A stretch of DNA of 64,000 bases from Vicugna vicugna (GCA_013265495.1 MU057989.1:1753513-1817512); one strand, 5' to 3'; shown: positions 49,086 to 64,000, counted from the first letter of the stretch. A program made the numbers and translations. Notes: a model not told the origin generated them from the letters alone.

Positions 49086-51224
49086 CAAGTTTCTGTGGTA
49101 TTAAGAATGAATACCTCTCAGATGGATGGAATATGACAAAATTCTCAATCATGGGACACTGGTTAGCCTCTGAAGCATTTGCTTTACTTTGCCAGGTGGA
49201 TTTAGGAGATGCCCACCATTGTGATGGGGTAAGAGTGGCTCAGTGCTGATAAACCACAGGAAGTTATAGATTTTTCTGCCTGATTTAGGGAAGAGGAAGG
49301 GAGGGGATTGGGCAAAGAGCAAAGCTTCCTTCCCACACATAAAAACTCTTCACTCCCAATAAAAACCAAACAGAAACAAAACAAACAAACAAGAACTCTT
49401 CGCTCCTTACACCTCCCACCCAGGGAAGGTTTATTAGTTTTGTATGAATGAGGTGTGGATGGAATTTCAAAGTACCAAAAATGTGCTCCTTCACATTAGG
49501 AGAAAGCAGCTTTGGGGCTCCTAAGACATTTCTTCATGTTTAAAGGCAGAACGTTAAAAAAATTAAATTAGATTAGATTAAAATTAAAGGCAGAGCATGA
49601 ATCTGGAGACGGGCTGTCTAGTTGCCAACCCTAGTTCCACTAACTCACTGCATGAGGTTTAGCAATTAGCTAGCCTAACCTACCCTGTGAGTCAGGGAGA
49701 ATACTGCACCTGCTTCATGGGTTACTGTGAAAGTGCTTGAGCTGGGGCTTGGCACATAATGAGTGTTCCTGTCTTCCTCCTTGTCATTGGTGGAGACTTT
49801 GGACCCGGCTTTCCTCAAAGAAGCTGGCATCACAAAATAAAGGCCCATTCTTCCTGTCACACGCCATTGGAACGTGTGACTTTCTAGCTTATGAAACTCC
49901 ATCCTATGCTTTCTTTCACTGTTTTTTGTTTTTTGCCTCTACTATTCTTTTGGGGGTAGGGAGGTGGTTACATTCAAGGTTCAGTTACCCAGCTCTGTGA
50001 CTCACAGATAGAATTTATGTGTAAATATGGTCTCATTTGTGAGGTCTGGAGTGCTGGTAGACAGCTACCGCCTTGGGTCGTGTTGTGATCATCAGTGTTA
50101 ATGTTCAAGTGACTGAGCCCGTTGTAATGGAATTTGGTGTTACTCGCGTAAATGGGGATTAATTTGGGAGCTAGGAATACATTCAGGTTTATTGGGAATT
50201 AATTACTCATAAGGCAGGGCAAGGCCAGTTAAATATTACCCTTTTAAAATAAAAAAGCAAAATGTATTTTATCCGTTTTGGATAGGAAATCTTTTTTTTT
50301 TTTGGCCGTATTGTTTTCCAGCAAAGTGATTCAGGTATATGTATACATACAGGAAATTTTTTAAAATGCACATCCCCTGGCCAGGGGGTTCACTAGTCCA
50401 GTGCCCACCCTCCTGTAGAGAAAGTCACCACCCTTATAGTTCAGTACCCCTGATCATGGACTTTGCACCTGCGACTGAGCCCCTCACTGCTCAGCCAGGC
50501 CCATGCCTCTCCATAGCCAGGCGCTTCCCCAGTGAAGAAAGGCCGGACATCCTCCAGTTTTCTCCAGCCTTCCCTCGCTCCGGGCGCCTCGCTGCCCTGA
50601 GCGAAGGCTGACTGCCCCTCACTGCTGTCTCAGGGCGGTGCTGTTCTGCCTTGTCATAGTTGGTGGGATCGACTCCTCCTTCCTCCACATTGATGCTTCT
50701 GGACAGTCAGCCCTCCCTGCTCTGAGCGCCATCAGGCTGGACCGCTTTCCCTCCTGGCTTTCCTCCTCCACCCGCTTCCCGGCACTCTGCTTTCTTCATC
50801 ACAGGCTTTACCACCTGCCACACCAACATCTGCTACACTAACTCCTGCCTTATCTGAGCCACTTCTCATCCAGCACCACGTCTCCCCCCACAACCCTACC
50901 CCTGTTCTCAGACTCCTGCCTGTCTAGTGACTTCCTCCCCTCCTCAGTCACCTTTTGGACATTGTCCTCCCCGTGGCTGCTTTAACCACTACTAGGACCC
51001 CTCCTGCCTCACCTGTGTAACTGCTCCACTTGGACCACTCGCTTGTTTCATCTGGACCTTCCACCCACTGACCCCTCACTTCTTTATGGAAGAGTTAACA
51101 CATACACAGAAGTAGAGAGAAGACCTGTCTGTTTTGTCTGTTGTCAAGAGTACTTCCTAGGTAGTATTGTGTACTTCCATCAAGAAAACACCTCTCCGCC
51201 TTTAACCCCCCCAAATATTTGTTT

Positions 51225-52340
51225 TGTTCTGTTTTTTTTAATTGAAGTATGGTCAGTTTACAATGTTGTTTCAATTTCTGGTGTACAGCATAATGTTTCA
51301 GTCATACGTATACATACATTTATTTCTATTCATGCTCTTTTTCATTACAGGTTACTACAAGATATTGCATATAGTTCCTTGTTCTCTACAGTAGAAACTT
51401 GTTGTTTATCTATTTTATATATAGTAGTTAGTATCTGCAAATCTTGAACTCCCAATTTATCCCTTCCCACCCGCCTACCGCCCTGGTAACCATAAGTTTG
51501 TTTTCTATGTCTGTAAGTCTGTTTCTGTTTTGTGAGTAAGTTCATTTGTGTCCTTTTTAAATTTTAATTCCACATATAAGTGATATCATACGGTATTTTT
51601 CTTTCTCTTTCTGGCTTACTTCACTTAGTATGACAATTTCCAGTTTCATCCATGTTGCTGCAAATGGCATTATTTCATTCTTTTTATGGCTGAATAGTAT
51701 TCCATTGTATATATAGACCACGACTTCTTTACCCAGTCATCTGTCAGTGGACATTTAGGTTGTTTCCATGTCTTGGTTATTGTAAACAGTGCTGCTATGA
51801 ACATTGAGGTGCGTGTATCTTTTTGAATTAGAATTCCCTCTGGATATATGCCCAGGAGTGGGATTGCTGGATTATAGGGTAAGTCTATTTTCAGTTTTTA
51901 AGAAATCTCCATACTGTTTTCCATAGCGGCTGCACCAAATTATATTCCCACCAACAGTGTAGAAGGGTTCCCTTTTCTCCACACCCTCTCTAGCATTTAT
52001 CGTTTGTGAACTTTTTAGTGATGGCCATTCTGACTGGTGTGAGATAATAACCTTACTGTAGTTTTGATTTGCATTTCTCTGATAATTAGTGATACTGAGC
52101 ATCTTTTCATGTGCTTCTTGGCCACTTGTAGTCTTCATTGAAGAATTGCTTGTTTAGGTGTTCTGCCCATTTTTGGATTGGGCTGTTTGTTTCTCTGTTA
52201 TTAAGTTGTATGAGCTCTTTGTATATTCTGGAGATTAAGCTCTTGTCAGTTTCAAATATTTTCCTCCTATTCCATAGGTTGTCTTTTTGTTTAGTTTATA
52301 TACAGTTTGCTTTGCTGTGCAAAAGCTTGTAAGTTTAATT
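51225..52340 (-). mobile_element. L1 3' portion
   Basis: 3'UTR and ORF2 C-terminal motifs on the minus strand. Confidence 0.9.
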
Positions 52341-53994
52341 TCGTCCTCAACCCCCAAATATTTGTATGTCCACTCTCCCAGACATTTTGTAGGCACTGAA
52401 AGTGTACGCAGTGAGCAACACAGGGCGAGAGCTCCTACCCTCCCTGAGATTTTGTATTCTAGTGTACATTTTCCTAAACCATTAGCCTGCTCCATTTTAC
52501 TTGCTTCTTGAGTCAGAATCACAGTCTAACACTTTATTTTCTTGCCAAAACTCTAAACTCCCCTGCCCTCTGCTCTGTCACCACATCCATCTCATCGCCA
52601 ACCCTCTGCTGTCCCAGAGCTGGCCTCTGAGTACAGGTGAGTAGTGCTTCAAGGTCATGCACAAGGGCAGGTCGCTCCCACCAGTTCGGGGTGGGCGTCT
52701 ACCCCCTCAGCAGTCCTGTATATTTCTCTGGGAACTTCACATCCCTACTCTTTACAACGGCGTCTTATTTCTTCTTTTAAATGCTGATTTCTCACTCAGA
52801 GAAATAACCTCGATCCCTAACAAATTACCTCGATTCCTAATATCCAGGAAAAGCAGCAATAACAATAGTAGCCCACAGTTATTGAAGACACATGATGTGC
52901 TAAGCACTGTTCTGAGCATTTCACACGTTCCCGCTCAGTTAATCCTTGTCACCCGTGCAGGGAAACACCTGAGCTGATACTGAGTACACAGTAAGGGCCC
53001 AATAGACGTCAGCTCTTATGTTCTGTTACTAAGCACAGCCCCCGCTGTCCCACTCAGAGTTACTGCAGAGCCACAGTCCAGCGACATCTGGTCCTCGGGC
53101 ATGTCCTGCTCCTTCTGTGCTCCCCTATCTCGTTCCCACACACCTGTCCCTGCCGCCACTCCAGTTGCACCGCCGTCCTGCCTCTAACCTGCCTGGTGGC
53201 TTCCCGCCTATTGGCGAAGAGCACTGTTCTTTCTCCCAGAGGCCCTCCCTGACCCCGACACCACACCCAGCACATTCAGGTGGCTCTTTGGTCCCGTGTT
53301 ACACGCCACGTATCTTGTAGCACTTAACTCGCAGTGTAACTTTCTCCAGGGTGGACAGCCCAGGAACTCACTTTTACTGACTGCCTGCAACACGGCCCTT
53401 CAGTACCTTATCCGAGCCTCACATGACCCTCCTTTTGGAGCTGAGACCCCTGATGACGAAAGCCATTAGGTCGCGTCCTCATAGCCACACACCCGTGGAA
53501 ATCAGAACTGAGATGCGTTCCTGGGTCGGCTTCGATCTAAATCATTAGCCTGTGTTCCTTCAGCTACGCCCACTCCGTATTCCTGGAGTTTGTTGTGATG
53601 GGCGCTCTGTTCCTTATGCAAGCCTGGTTTTGCTTTGAACTCGATTTCGGTGTGGTGGGTGTCCAGTGGCTGTTCTCTCCTCGTCACAGAAGCATGCTCT
53701 TCTTGGCCCAGTTTCAAATATGAGCCAAGTTCAAGGACACATTTTGCTTTTTGGCCACCCTTTTTTTTAAATTGAAGTATAGTCAGTTACAATATGTCAA
53801 TTTCTTTTTTTTTCCAATTGACGTATAGTTTTGGGGTTTTTTTTAATTGAAGTATACGGCCACCCTTTCTTGACATGAAATTTTCCTGACGGATTTGTAA
53901 TCAACAATAATTTTTATACAGCTAATAGCTATTTTAAAAATATTTCTTAAAACTCCATAGTTATATAATTTGTGACATCTGTGTTGGCTTTTTA

Positions 53995-56055
53995 TTGTCT
54001 TTTTTTGGAGTGGGAGTAATTAGGCTTATTTATTTATTTTTAATGGAGGCACTGGGGATTGAACCCAAGACCTCTTGCATGCTAGGCATGAGTTCTACCA
54101 CTGAGCTATACCCTCCCCCCTGTTTTTGGATTATTGATTGTGCCCCCATAAGTTACAGTTACCTGACCCATAACTTCTAGCTCAGGTTTTCAAGTAATAA
54201 CACTAGTACTCTGAAATTATTTTCCTTACCTTTCTTTAACTTCCCAAGCTTCTAGCCCCACATCTGATTCTCACAATGATGTACATCAGAGTCCAAATCA
54301 GTTATCACATGGAGAGAAAGTGATAATGCAGGAAATTAAGGTAACTCAAATAAGAATAGAACGGAGTAACAACCTTACAGCTCAGAGCAACAGAAAATGA
54401 AGTTGTCAATTCTGCCAGTAAATTTATCCCAAGTGCATCCAGTTCTCTCCATTGCCCATGCTTCGCTTTGTTTTATGTTTCTTTCTTTTTTTTGTTTTAT
54501 GGAAGAGACAGGTAATTAGATTTATTCACTTATTTATTTACTTTTAGAGGAGGCATGTAATTAGATTTATTCATTTATTTACTTTTAGAGGAGGCACTGG
54601 GGATTGAACCCAGGACCTCACACATGCTAGACATGCGCTCTACCACTTGAGCTATGCCCTCCTGCCCCACTCTATTTTAAGCCACCTTCATCTCTTACCT
54701 GGAAAGTCACACTAGTCCCGTAAGTGGTCTCCCTGTGTCTACATCCCCCAACGTGGTTCACATTTCTCCCACTTTGTGATAGCCACATGGCAACCAGAGA
54801 AGCTCTTTAAACCATAAATCACATCTTGTCACTCCTCTGCTGAAGCAGATCATGAACTTTGTAAAACAGTACCTTGGCAAAACAGATGGTAATTAAATCT
54901 GGATTTTTTTCCTGCTCCAAATGACTCAAGGGAAACACATTTTAATTGCCCAAAATTGAAAAGATTACGAGTCTTCCATCCAGACTTGTGTGTATGTTCT
55001 TGTCCAGCCCAGAGCAATGGTAAAGAAAAAGTGCTCCCCCAGAAAACATGCCTTAGGGAATTTTATTCAGTATCTTGTAGTAACCTATAATGAAAAAGAA
55101 TATGAGAATGAAAATATATATGTGTATATGTGATTGAAACATTATGCTGTACACCAGAAATTGACACAACACTGTAAACTGTACTTCAATTTGAAAAACA
55201 AACAAACCACGCCTTTGCAGTTTGCAAACTGTCCTTAACTAGATGGCTGCCCGTTTGTTTGCAGCAGAGCAAATGTGTCTGGATTCAGGTAGCAGAGGCA
55301 GTGTGAATGCTTAGAAACACTGTTCCCACAGGTCTGGACCTAACTGTGGCAGTGGCGCCCTGGTTCTGATACCAGCCTTACCCCCGAAAAGGGAACCAGG
55401 AACGTCAAAGAAAAAGTCCTCTGTTAATAGGTGTAAATCTTGCACAGAGGAAAAATTGACAGCTGTTAAGTGTGTAAGTGCTTATAGAAAAGTGAGTTGG
55501 ATCACAGTGTATGAATGTGCATGAAAAGACTGTTGTGCTGTAGTCAGCAGTGCTTCTGTCTGTATCAGGCAGTCCGAATCAGTACCAAGACCTTTGTACC
55601 CTGAAAAATGTATTCTTAACACTTACCACATATAGTTCAGTGGTAGAGCACACACTTAGCATGCACACTTAGCATGTCCTGGATTCAATCCCCAGTACCT
55701 CCATTAAGAAATAATAAGTTGGGGGAAGGGTATAGCTCAGTGACAGAGGACATGCCTAGCATGCACAAGGTCCTGGGTTCAATCCCCAGTCCCTCCATCA
55801 AAATAACTAAATAAATAAACCTAGTTATCCTCCCCAAACAACCCCACACACAAGCCCACAAACTGAATAACTAAAGTATTTTTTTAAATTGTGTTTTAAA
55901 AAATATATATTCTTAAAGAAGGCTGGAAACAAATAAAATACAAAATTAGTGCATGTTTAGCATGCTCGAGGTCCTGGGTTCAATCCCCAGTACCTGCATT
56001 AAAAAAAAATGAAAATAAACCTAATTATCTGCCCCCCCCCCGCCGCCAAAAAAGT
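53995..56055. mobile_element. Cluster of vic-1 SINEs (~53995-54120 -, 54485-54668 -, 55630-55850 +, 55950-56055 +) and an L1 tail (~55060-55200)
   Basis: Repeated SINE head and tail motifs. Confidence 0.8.
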
Positions 56056-56107
56056 ATTCTTGTGTGACGTTAGGTCAAGGAAAACGCCAGGATCCCTGAC
56101 TAGGGGA

Positions 56108-56110
<3 letters not shown>

Positions 56111-56144
<34 letters not shown>

Positions 56145-56154
56145 GCACGCACGC
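56111..56154. repeat. (AC)n(GCAC)n microsatellite
   Basis: Directly visible. Confidence 0.95.
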
Positions 56155-57305
56155 AATGCTAATATGTCATTGCCAAACAAAAGCTCACATGTTTTCAAAT
56201 ATACGTATTTAACTTGACATTAGCAAATGAAATAGACATTCATACCTTTCAACAGAAATTCATCACACACTCAAGTGTTGACCAAACTTAAAGTGTACAA
56301 CCCTGGCTTAGCCACTTCCTTATTGTCAATAAGGGAATCACTCATGCTTAAGTCAGCTTCTCATTCCCTCTCCAGTTCTGCAAGTCAGTGAAAGAAGAAA
56401 AACTGAGAAAATCTGTGCATCCACTTATAATTAGACTAGAAAAGAAATGAGGTCAAACACCCCCTCTCACATGCTCTCCTTTCATTGGCTCCTCCAGCCT
56501 ACTCTGCCTCCCTTTTCTATTTTCTTGATTTTTGATCCTTGTGGTACATTCCTTCACTGCCCTGCTCACTGTGGGCCCTTTAAGCACCATCAACTCAGCA
56601 ACTGTCACAGGCGCTGCAACTGTCACAGTTTCCGCAAATTGAGTTCTGGATCCTTAGATCCCTGTAGCTTAGGAGAGCCTTAGGTACTAATCATGGCTTC
56701 TGATTCAGACCCCGCCTCTGAGGACACTGTTCAAGGTAAGACGCTGGTCAGCAGGCATTTCGTGCCCGAGCCGTGGCGGTTGTCTCTGGTGCTGGGATGG
56801 TGGCTGCTCACCCACGGTCAGTGACGGACATGGTGCGCTGCGCATGCAAGCACTTTTTGGCTCTGTTGGAGAGAGCTTTCCAGAAGTCACAGTGCCATTA
56901 AACCCTCTTACCTGTTTTTCTCGTACTTGCCAGCTGACAGAGATTGGGGGTTTGGTTTTGACTCTTGGCGTGGAGATTTTTCTGAGCCAAGTCGATAAAA
57001 CTGTTGCTTCTCCACGTTTCCAGAAACTCATCTTAAGAGTTCAGGCTCTCCTGTGTTAAATATTTATCCAAACTGCGGATACCAGCAACAAATTCTCTTT
57101 GATAAATGGTTTGAGATATGCTTTATCTGAGCATATTCTCAGAAACAATAGTCAGGATTTATTAATTTGTGTGCTCCTAAGAAGTGACCTTTCGGTGATG
57201 TGGGCAGTATATATATTACATACAAGAGGCCAGTTTTATGTATAGATGTTAGAGCGTATCAGAGCCACTCTTGTAACGCGAGTCCCCCCACCATTTTCGT
57301 TCCAG

Positions 57306-57502
57306 CTCCAGTGTGCTGCTCTGCTCGTTACAACCTTGCGTTTTTGGCCTTTTGTGGTTTCTTCGTTCTCTATGCATTGCGGGTGAATCTGAGTGTGGCG
57401 TTAGTGGACATGGTAGATTCAAACTCAACGGCAGCAGATAACAGAACTTCCAGCGAGTGTGCAGAGCATTCTGCTCCCATAAAAGTTCTCCATAACCAAA
57501 CA
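57306..57502 (+). CDS. SLC17A5: Sialin exon 2
   Basis: [45 protein letters not shown]; ttccag| acceptor, |gtaagt donor; 197 nt; phase fits exon 1. Confidence 0.97.
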
Positions 57503-59515
57503 GTAAGTGCTCTTTTCCAAGCAAACGCTCTTAATCCTGAAATACTTCCAAGGAAAAATATGGAATTTATTCATCTTGCAGAGACCATGAACACCCTTAT
57601 TTGGGGGGAACTGGGAAGAGGTAATTAGGTTTATCTATTTTTTAAAAATTCTGTTTTTAATGGAGATACTGGGGATTGAACCCAGGACCTCACACATGCT
57701 AGGCACACCCTCTTACCACTGAGCTATACCCTCCCCACCCACAAATGCTTTCTTCATGTAAACTCTGAGTCACTTCCTTTGGTGTTTTACCAGTCTTATA
57801 ATAGGAACTGCTGCTGTGCCTTGATCTGTTTAAAAAGCAGTTTTTCAGTTACCTCCATAAACGTACTCTCCTAGAAGAGAATTTGGGGAAAACCTGTCTG
57901 CCATCCTAGAAAATTGGATTGTTTTCGATGTTGCTAAATAGTTTTCATGGGCCCATTATTTAATAGCTGGACTACTTGCAACGTTTCTATTGCAGAGAAT
58001 TTAGATCATCTCAGCTGCAGGAACATAAGAACAGGTCAATTTCTTTTCCAAAATTCTACCTGCTTCCTGTTATAAGGGAATTGATACGTGCATGTTCATC
58101 ATTTGTTCAGAACTGAGTTTTACGCACTTTATTTTGCTCATCACGTGGGGAGACAATACGGAGGGGGAAGGGCTGGCATCCTCTTGTGAGTATATTTTCA
58201 TCCATCTTCAGTGCTCACAAAGGAGCCAGGATGAGTCCCCTCTCCCATTTACAGACACGAGCGTTCAAACAGAAAGGAGGGCTTCTGTCCAAACAAGAGC
58301 ACGTACAGAATTAGGACTTAGCGGAAACCCTGACACGGGACTTGGAGAGTGTTGCTGACTGTGTATTTGAGTACACATCACCCACCGGCCCCACCTAAAC
58401 CCGTAGCTGCTGGAGTCTTCATGCAGCCCTGAAATTCTGCAGAGAATCTCCAGACTGGTAGCCTAGACACAGATAACTAGGAGTTTGCTTTGTATCTTTG
58501 CTTTCGGTAAGCGCTTCTGATGATCCAGCTACTGCTTATCTCCATCTGCTCTGTGTCGACAGTAAAATGAAATCCTGAGCGGTTCCTGACATGTTGGCTA
58601 GATGTTGTCTAGGTTACACGGCTGCGTGTGCAAAAGATGTCACATACTCAGTCACTAGATTATTACCCTGCTGTGTGCCGCTACTCACTAAAGGACGTTT
58701 CCCACTCACATGGCTTGGTTTAAATTCTTTCATTTAAAAAAATTGTTTTTTATTTGGGGGGGGTGGTAATTAGGTTTATTTACTTATTCAGTTTTTTTAA
58801 TGGAGGTGCTGGATTGAACCCAGGACCTCGTGCATGCTAAGCTCGTGCTCTACCACTGAGCTATACCCTCCCCCTAAATTCTTGCTCTTTTGTGTCGCTC
58901 AATATCCCTGTTCAAGTGCTTGGTCTGACATGGAGAGCTATTAATTATCTACATGTATGCACACGAGTAGCCAACACTGAGTGAACACTTAGTGTGTGTC
59001 ACACTTTATTTTTTATTTTATTTATTTTTTGGTGGGAGAGGTAATTAGGTTTATTTGTTTGTTTGTTTGTTTTTAACTAGAGGTACTGGGGATTGAGCCC
59101 CAGACCTCGTGTATGCTAAGCACACGCTCCACCACTGAGCTCTACCATCCCCAAAGGCCTTATTTATGGACCCTTTCCATGTAATCTCCCCAGATCACAA
59201 ATCCAGGAAGTAATAGACCTGAGCCTGAACCCAGGCCTGGCTCCAAAGCCCAGGTTACGAAACATCAACAACTCACCCCCTAGTCTAGTTTCATGAAACA
59301 GCAAGCCCTCCTGAAACTGTGACTTTCAGTGATTTCCCATCCACTTCTAGAAAGTGCACGTCTGTATCATGGCGACCCACCTGCCATGAAAGCCTGGACA
59401 TTCTTCAGTCTGAAAGTGGTTCAGAACAACATTTATCTGTACTACATGCTAGTGAGAGAAAGGAGTCAGTCGGTCAAGGTCTTTAAAGGTTTATTTTTCC
59501 TCCTGCTCTTCATAG

Positions 59516-59749
59516 GGTAAAAGGTACCAGTGGGATGCAGAAACTCAAGGATGGATTCTCGGGTCTTTCTTTTATGGCTACATCATCACACAGATTCCCG
59601 GAGGATACATGGCCAGCAGAGTCGGGGGGAAGCTGCTGCTGGGATTCGGGATCCTGGGCACCGCCGTCTTCACCCTGTTCACCCCCCTTGCTGCCGATCT
59701 CGGAGTTGGAGCCCTCGTCGCCCTCAGGGCGCTGGAAGGACTTGGAGAG
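59516..59749 (+). CDS. SLC17A5: Sialin exon 3
   Basis: [48 protein letters not shown]; catag| acceptor, |gtaatt donor; 234 nt. Confidence 0.97.
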
Positions 59750-62232
59750 GTAATTTTTATTCTGATCTGTTTTTCTTCTTACCCTACATCACTTTCTTGT
59801 CTTCTTAAAGGTCTTCCTTGGTATAAATATGAACCCAAAAATGCCACTGGAAGGTAACCAGGAGTTATTTTTTTAATTAGAAAAATGATCAACTGTAAAC
59901 AACCTGAGTAGATTTTGTATGTGGTCAGTGAGGTCTTGTGCAGAAGCACCCCGAAATCAGAAGCTTTACTGGAAGACTAGAGAAGCCATTTTCGGGGGGA
60001 CACATCATAGTTCCTTACCCACTCTTTCCTTAGGAGATAAGAAAATAAACCACTGTTAAAACCATGAAGATAGACCATCCTGTCTCTTGAACTTTTGCCT
60101 CCATTTACCCCGGCTCAGTCACTGAGTGGACAGGTCTGAAACTCGTGGTCCACAATAGATTGTCAAATTCCCTTGTTTTTTGGTGGGGGGGAGTACAGAA
60201 GATTTTTGTTTATTTTTGTCGGGGGAGGTAATTAGGTTTATTTATTTATTTTTAGAGGATGTACTGGGGATTGAACCCAGGCCTTCATGCATGATAAGCG
60301 TGCACTCTACCACTTGAGCTATACCCTCCCCCTAACTTTTAAATTTGTTGTTACTCGTAGAACTTTTTCTTTATCATTTGTCCTTTTTTCTGGTCCTCTA
60401 ACTTAGAGACAAATAATCTATCATTTTATGTAACTGGTTTTTTTTTAGGTTTTTTTGGTTATTAGGTTTATTTATTTGATTACTTCTCTTAAGAGAAGGT
60501 ACCAGGGATTGAACCCAGGACCTCATGCATGCTAAGCACGCTGTCTACCACTTAAGCTGTACCCTCCCCCTGTAACTATCTTCTTTTAGTTCAGGATTCT
60601 TCTGGCCTTCCTGCTGCTTTTAATATTGTTATTATTAACTTTTATCTCTGTTTTTTCTTCTCCTCCTAAAACCTCCACCATTTAAAATTTTTTAATTGTA
60701 AAAATTTTAGTCCTTATTTTTCTTTTCCTTTCTGCTTCTCTTTGCATTTCATCATATATATCTCCATCTTTAAGTAAGGGTCTCTTTTCATTTCTAACTT
60801 TGAACTTCTACCCTTGAAACCAAAGCATAGCTTTATTTTGCTCTCTTTCAATATTTCTTTAACTCAAGCAAGACAGTGGCTCTGGGTTTGGTGTATAGCA
60901 TGAAGGTTATTTTAGATAGCGCTGTATCCTGCTGTGTTGGAAAAACACTGACTGGAGTCATACAATCAGAGTTTGAATAATAACTCCACTGAATCTAGGT
61001 TGTAATATAATATGTACAAGGGTTATACAAATACAGTATATATAACGTGTAGCATAAACATAATATATAAAGTACCTGCGCCATCCTCAGTCACAGCTTA
61101 GACGTGATGACAGTTACTAGAAAACTTTGGAAATTGCCAGGTGCTATTTAAGTCTAAGCTTTGATCACTCATCCAAATGTTCTTACTGTGTCCTTATCAA
61201 ATAGAGATGTCCTAATAAACCCATCTTGACTACAAAATAAACTCACCCCTATTACCAGGTTCCTCTTCTCCTTACCTCAGTGAAGTATCTGTTTTACAGA
61301 TAAAGAAACTGCAGTCCTAGGAGGTTACCTAATCTTTCTGAGGCTGCACAGCTAGTGAGTGGCCCCAAGGGGACCTGTGACTCCGCTGCTTTGACTCGAC
61401 CAGAAGCTATTGAAGGAGTAGGTTCCCTCCCCACCCCCACATCCTGCTCTCCCATGGTCTCTGCGGGCCTCCCTGCCTCCACTGTTCTGTGGCCCCTCCC
61501 TCACATCAGCCACTGACATGCTTAATTGAAGTGTAGTTGACATGCAGTATTACATTTCAGGTGTACAACGTGGTGATCCAGTTTTCAAAGGTTATACTCC
61601 GTTTATACTTACTATCAAATATTGGCTGTATTCCTCGTAATGTGCAGTATATCCTTGTAGCCTATTTATTTTATACCTAGTAGTTTCTACCTTCATCCCC
61701 TGCCTGTATCTTACCCCTCCCTTAATTGGCATTTACTAGGCTGATCATCACCAGAAAAGAAAAAAAAAATCCATAAACACTCCAATTGAATTCATCGTTT
61801 TTTGGGCAGGGCCACTTTTTCCTGTTGATCAAGGTCAGTTGGGATATTCTTCCAGTGTCCCACAGTATGAGCTGAGTGTTTTTAAAAGTTAGTTATTGGT
61901 GGCGTTCCCATTTCATTCACTAATAAAGTAGCAAAATTAGCCTTGAGAGGGATCCCTTGTGTCATCATTCAGCACGTTCTTTAGATTTATTGTAGCCCGT
62001 ACCTTGCAGTTCTCAAACCAGGTGACAGAACCCACAAGTCTGTGTTCAGGTGTGGAAAGAACTTCATTATGAGGTATTTTCACTCAGTACCATAGAGACA
62101 GCTCTCTCCATGAAACGTGATTCGAGTTTGAGTCTTTACGCAGAATTTTCTCTGGCCGCAGAATACTCAGGTGAATTTGAAGCATTAACAAAACTGCTTG
62201 TGTGTGACCAGAAATCTCTCTCCCCTCCCCAG

Positions 62233-62320
62233 GGTGTCACATTCCCAGCCATGCACTCCATGTGGTCGTCCTGGGCGCCCCCCCTCGAGAGAAGCAAGCT
62301 TCTCAGCATTTCATACGCAG
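62233..62320 (+). CDS. SLC17A5: Sialin exon 4 (gene continues beyond the window)
   Basis: [29 protein letters not shown]; cccag| acceptor, |gtgaga donor; 88 nt. Confidence 0.97.
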
Positions 62321-64000
62321 GTGAGATAACTATTCTTTTACAGATTTTTGCTACAATTTGTTTTCTACACATCAGCCTCGGGGGAAGGGTGCGCGCTGGA
62401 GTCACACAACATCAGGTACTTCCTTTGAGGGGAAAAGAAAGTTTCAGGGTATCAATTTATCAGTAATTTTGCTCTTTGGCTCAACAACATAAAGCAGTGT
62501 GGCTTCACTGACTGTCAATTTCCCATCTGCCATCATTTGTTTCAAAACGTGCTGCCCTTTCAGATGTTGGTATAGAGAATGTTTTAACAACAACCAAAAC
62601 AAACACAACAAATGAAAAAGGACAGTAGCTGGAAAATTGAACACCTTTGTGCTGAAATTGTGACTTTTTTTTTGAAGAGTGATTTTATTTAGGTCTTTTT
62701 TGAGGGGGAGGTAATTAGGTTTATTTATTTATTTAATTTTGAAGGAGGCCCTGGGAATTGAACCCAGGACCTCGTGCATGCTAAGCATGTGCTCTGGTGA
62801 CTTCTGATTTGATCATCTAATGAGCATATCCTGACTCCCAGCCCCTCCCATCAGACACTTTTGTTCTGTGCTTTTACTCAGTATCATTTAAATCTATAGC
62901 TTTGAGCTCAAGCATTTATATATGAATTATAACTTTACCAGCTCACACATTGAATGAAAACTTTTTGACCTGACTGCTTTTAAATACGGTGGTTGAGAAA
63001 GGCCTCTCTGTTGTGGCTTTTTAAGCTAAAATCTGAAGGCTGAGGAGGAACCAGTCATGCAAAGAGCAAGAAGAGCCAGTCAAAATGGAATGTCCAGGGG
63101 AGGGTATAGCTCAAGTGATAGAGCAAATGCTTAGCATGCATGAGGTCCTGGGTTCAATCCCCAGTGCCTCCTCTAAAAATGAATAAACCTAATTACCCCC
63201 CCAATAAAATAATTAAATAATACAACAAATAAATACAACATAAAGCTCTTTGAAAAAAAAAAAAAGAATGACACGTCCAAAGGCTCTCAGGCAGGAAGTC
63301 ACAAAGGCTCAGGGTTAGAGAAATAGACAAGGACCAGGGCCGACAGGCCACAGGGAGGGACGTAGAGTCTTTTCTTTTTTTTCCAAAAATATGGTGGGAA
63401 GACACCAGAGGTTTTCAATCAAAAGAGAGACATGTTCCCATGTACATTTTAAGATGATTCTTGCAGGTGTGTGGAGATGGACGTAAAAAATCTTACAAGA
63501 CTTTCAAGAGCAGGAGTTACCCATGGTTCCCCTTTGCCTATTGAGTAAAGTCTAAGCTCAGACTGGGGGTCGGGATCTTTTCCCGTCTTGACCACTCCAT
63601 TTCAGCCTCCTGGTCGCTGGACAGAGTGCCTGGCACCGAGCAGATCTTCAATAACTTCAAGCCTTTCCAGCCTTTATCTTCTGTTTCTTTCCTTCACATA
63701 CTTGAAGTTCCCAGACCCACTTTCTGTTTCCCTCCATCCATCCCTTTGCTCCCCGTCGCACCTGCCTCTGTTTTCTTTCTTACCTCCTTTCTTGTTTTGT
63801 CTTTGCAAAGTCTCCAGCTGCTCCTGCATCTTTTCCTGACCTCTGGAGGTCAGAGGTCATCTGTCCTGTATTTGAACTTGAACATTGCTTTGTGACATCC
63901 AACACTTTCTAACATGTAATAACTATTTATTTGTATTTATCTCCTATATAAGACTAAAACTTGAGAGCAGAAACAATGTCTGATTATTTTAGCTCCCACT

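Larger units (their letters stand above)
57598..63265. mobile_element. Dispersed intronic vic-1 SINEs (~57598, 58746, 59005, 60180, 60445, 62695 on -; 63096 on +) and an L1 tail (~61520-61725 -); span given, not contiguous
   Basis: ggggattgaacccaggacct..catgctaagc..ctctaccactgagctataccctccc repeated at each site. Confidence 0.8.

Overview
Mammalian genomic DNA, most likely camelid, inferred from the abundant tRNA-derived vic-1-type SINEs. The right third holds the CpG-island promoter and coding exons 1-4 of SLC17A5 (sialin, + strand). CD109, its head-to-head neighbour in human, is not seen in the 44 kb upstream. The left 16 kb is a mosaic resembling a fossil subtelomere. It contains an old rearranged NUMT (12S rRNA joined to inverted ND1), a 7SK retrocopy inside an L1, and a frameshifted H2AX-derived gene that appears to have been duplicated with its promoter and has a tandemly expanded N-terminal tail. 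It also contains LTRs, a minisatellite, a Tigger2 transposon, and a CpG island next to a degenerate TTAGGG/TCAGGG array. The middle is mostly L1, SINE and LTR sequence, including three copies of an ORF1-only (HAL1-like) retrotransposon family, plus exon-like islands antisense to SLC17A5. Homologies were recognised by eye from memory of reference sequences; no searches were run, and repeat boundaries are approximate.
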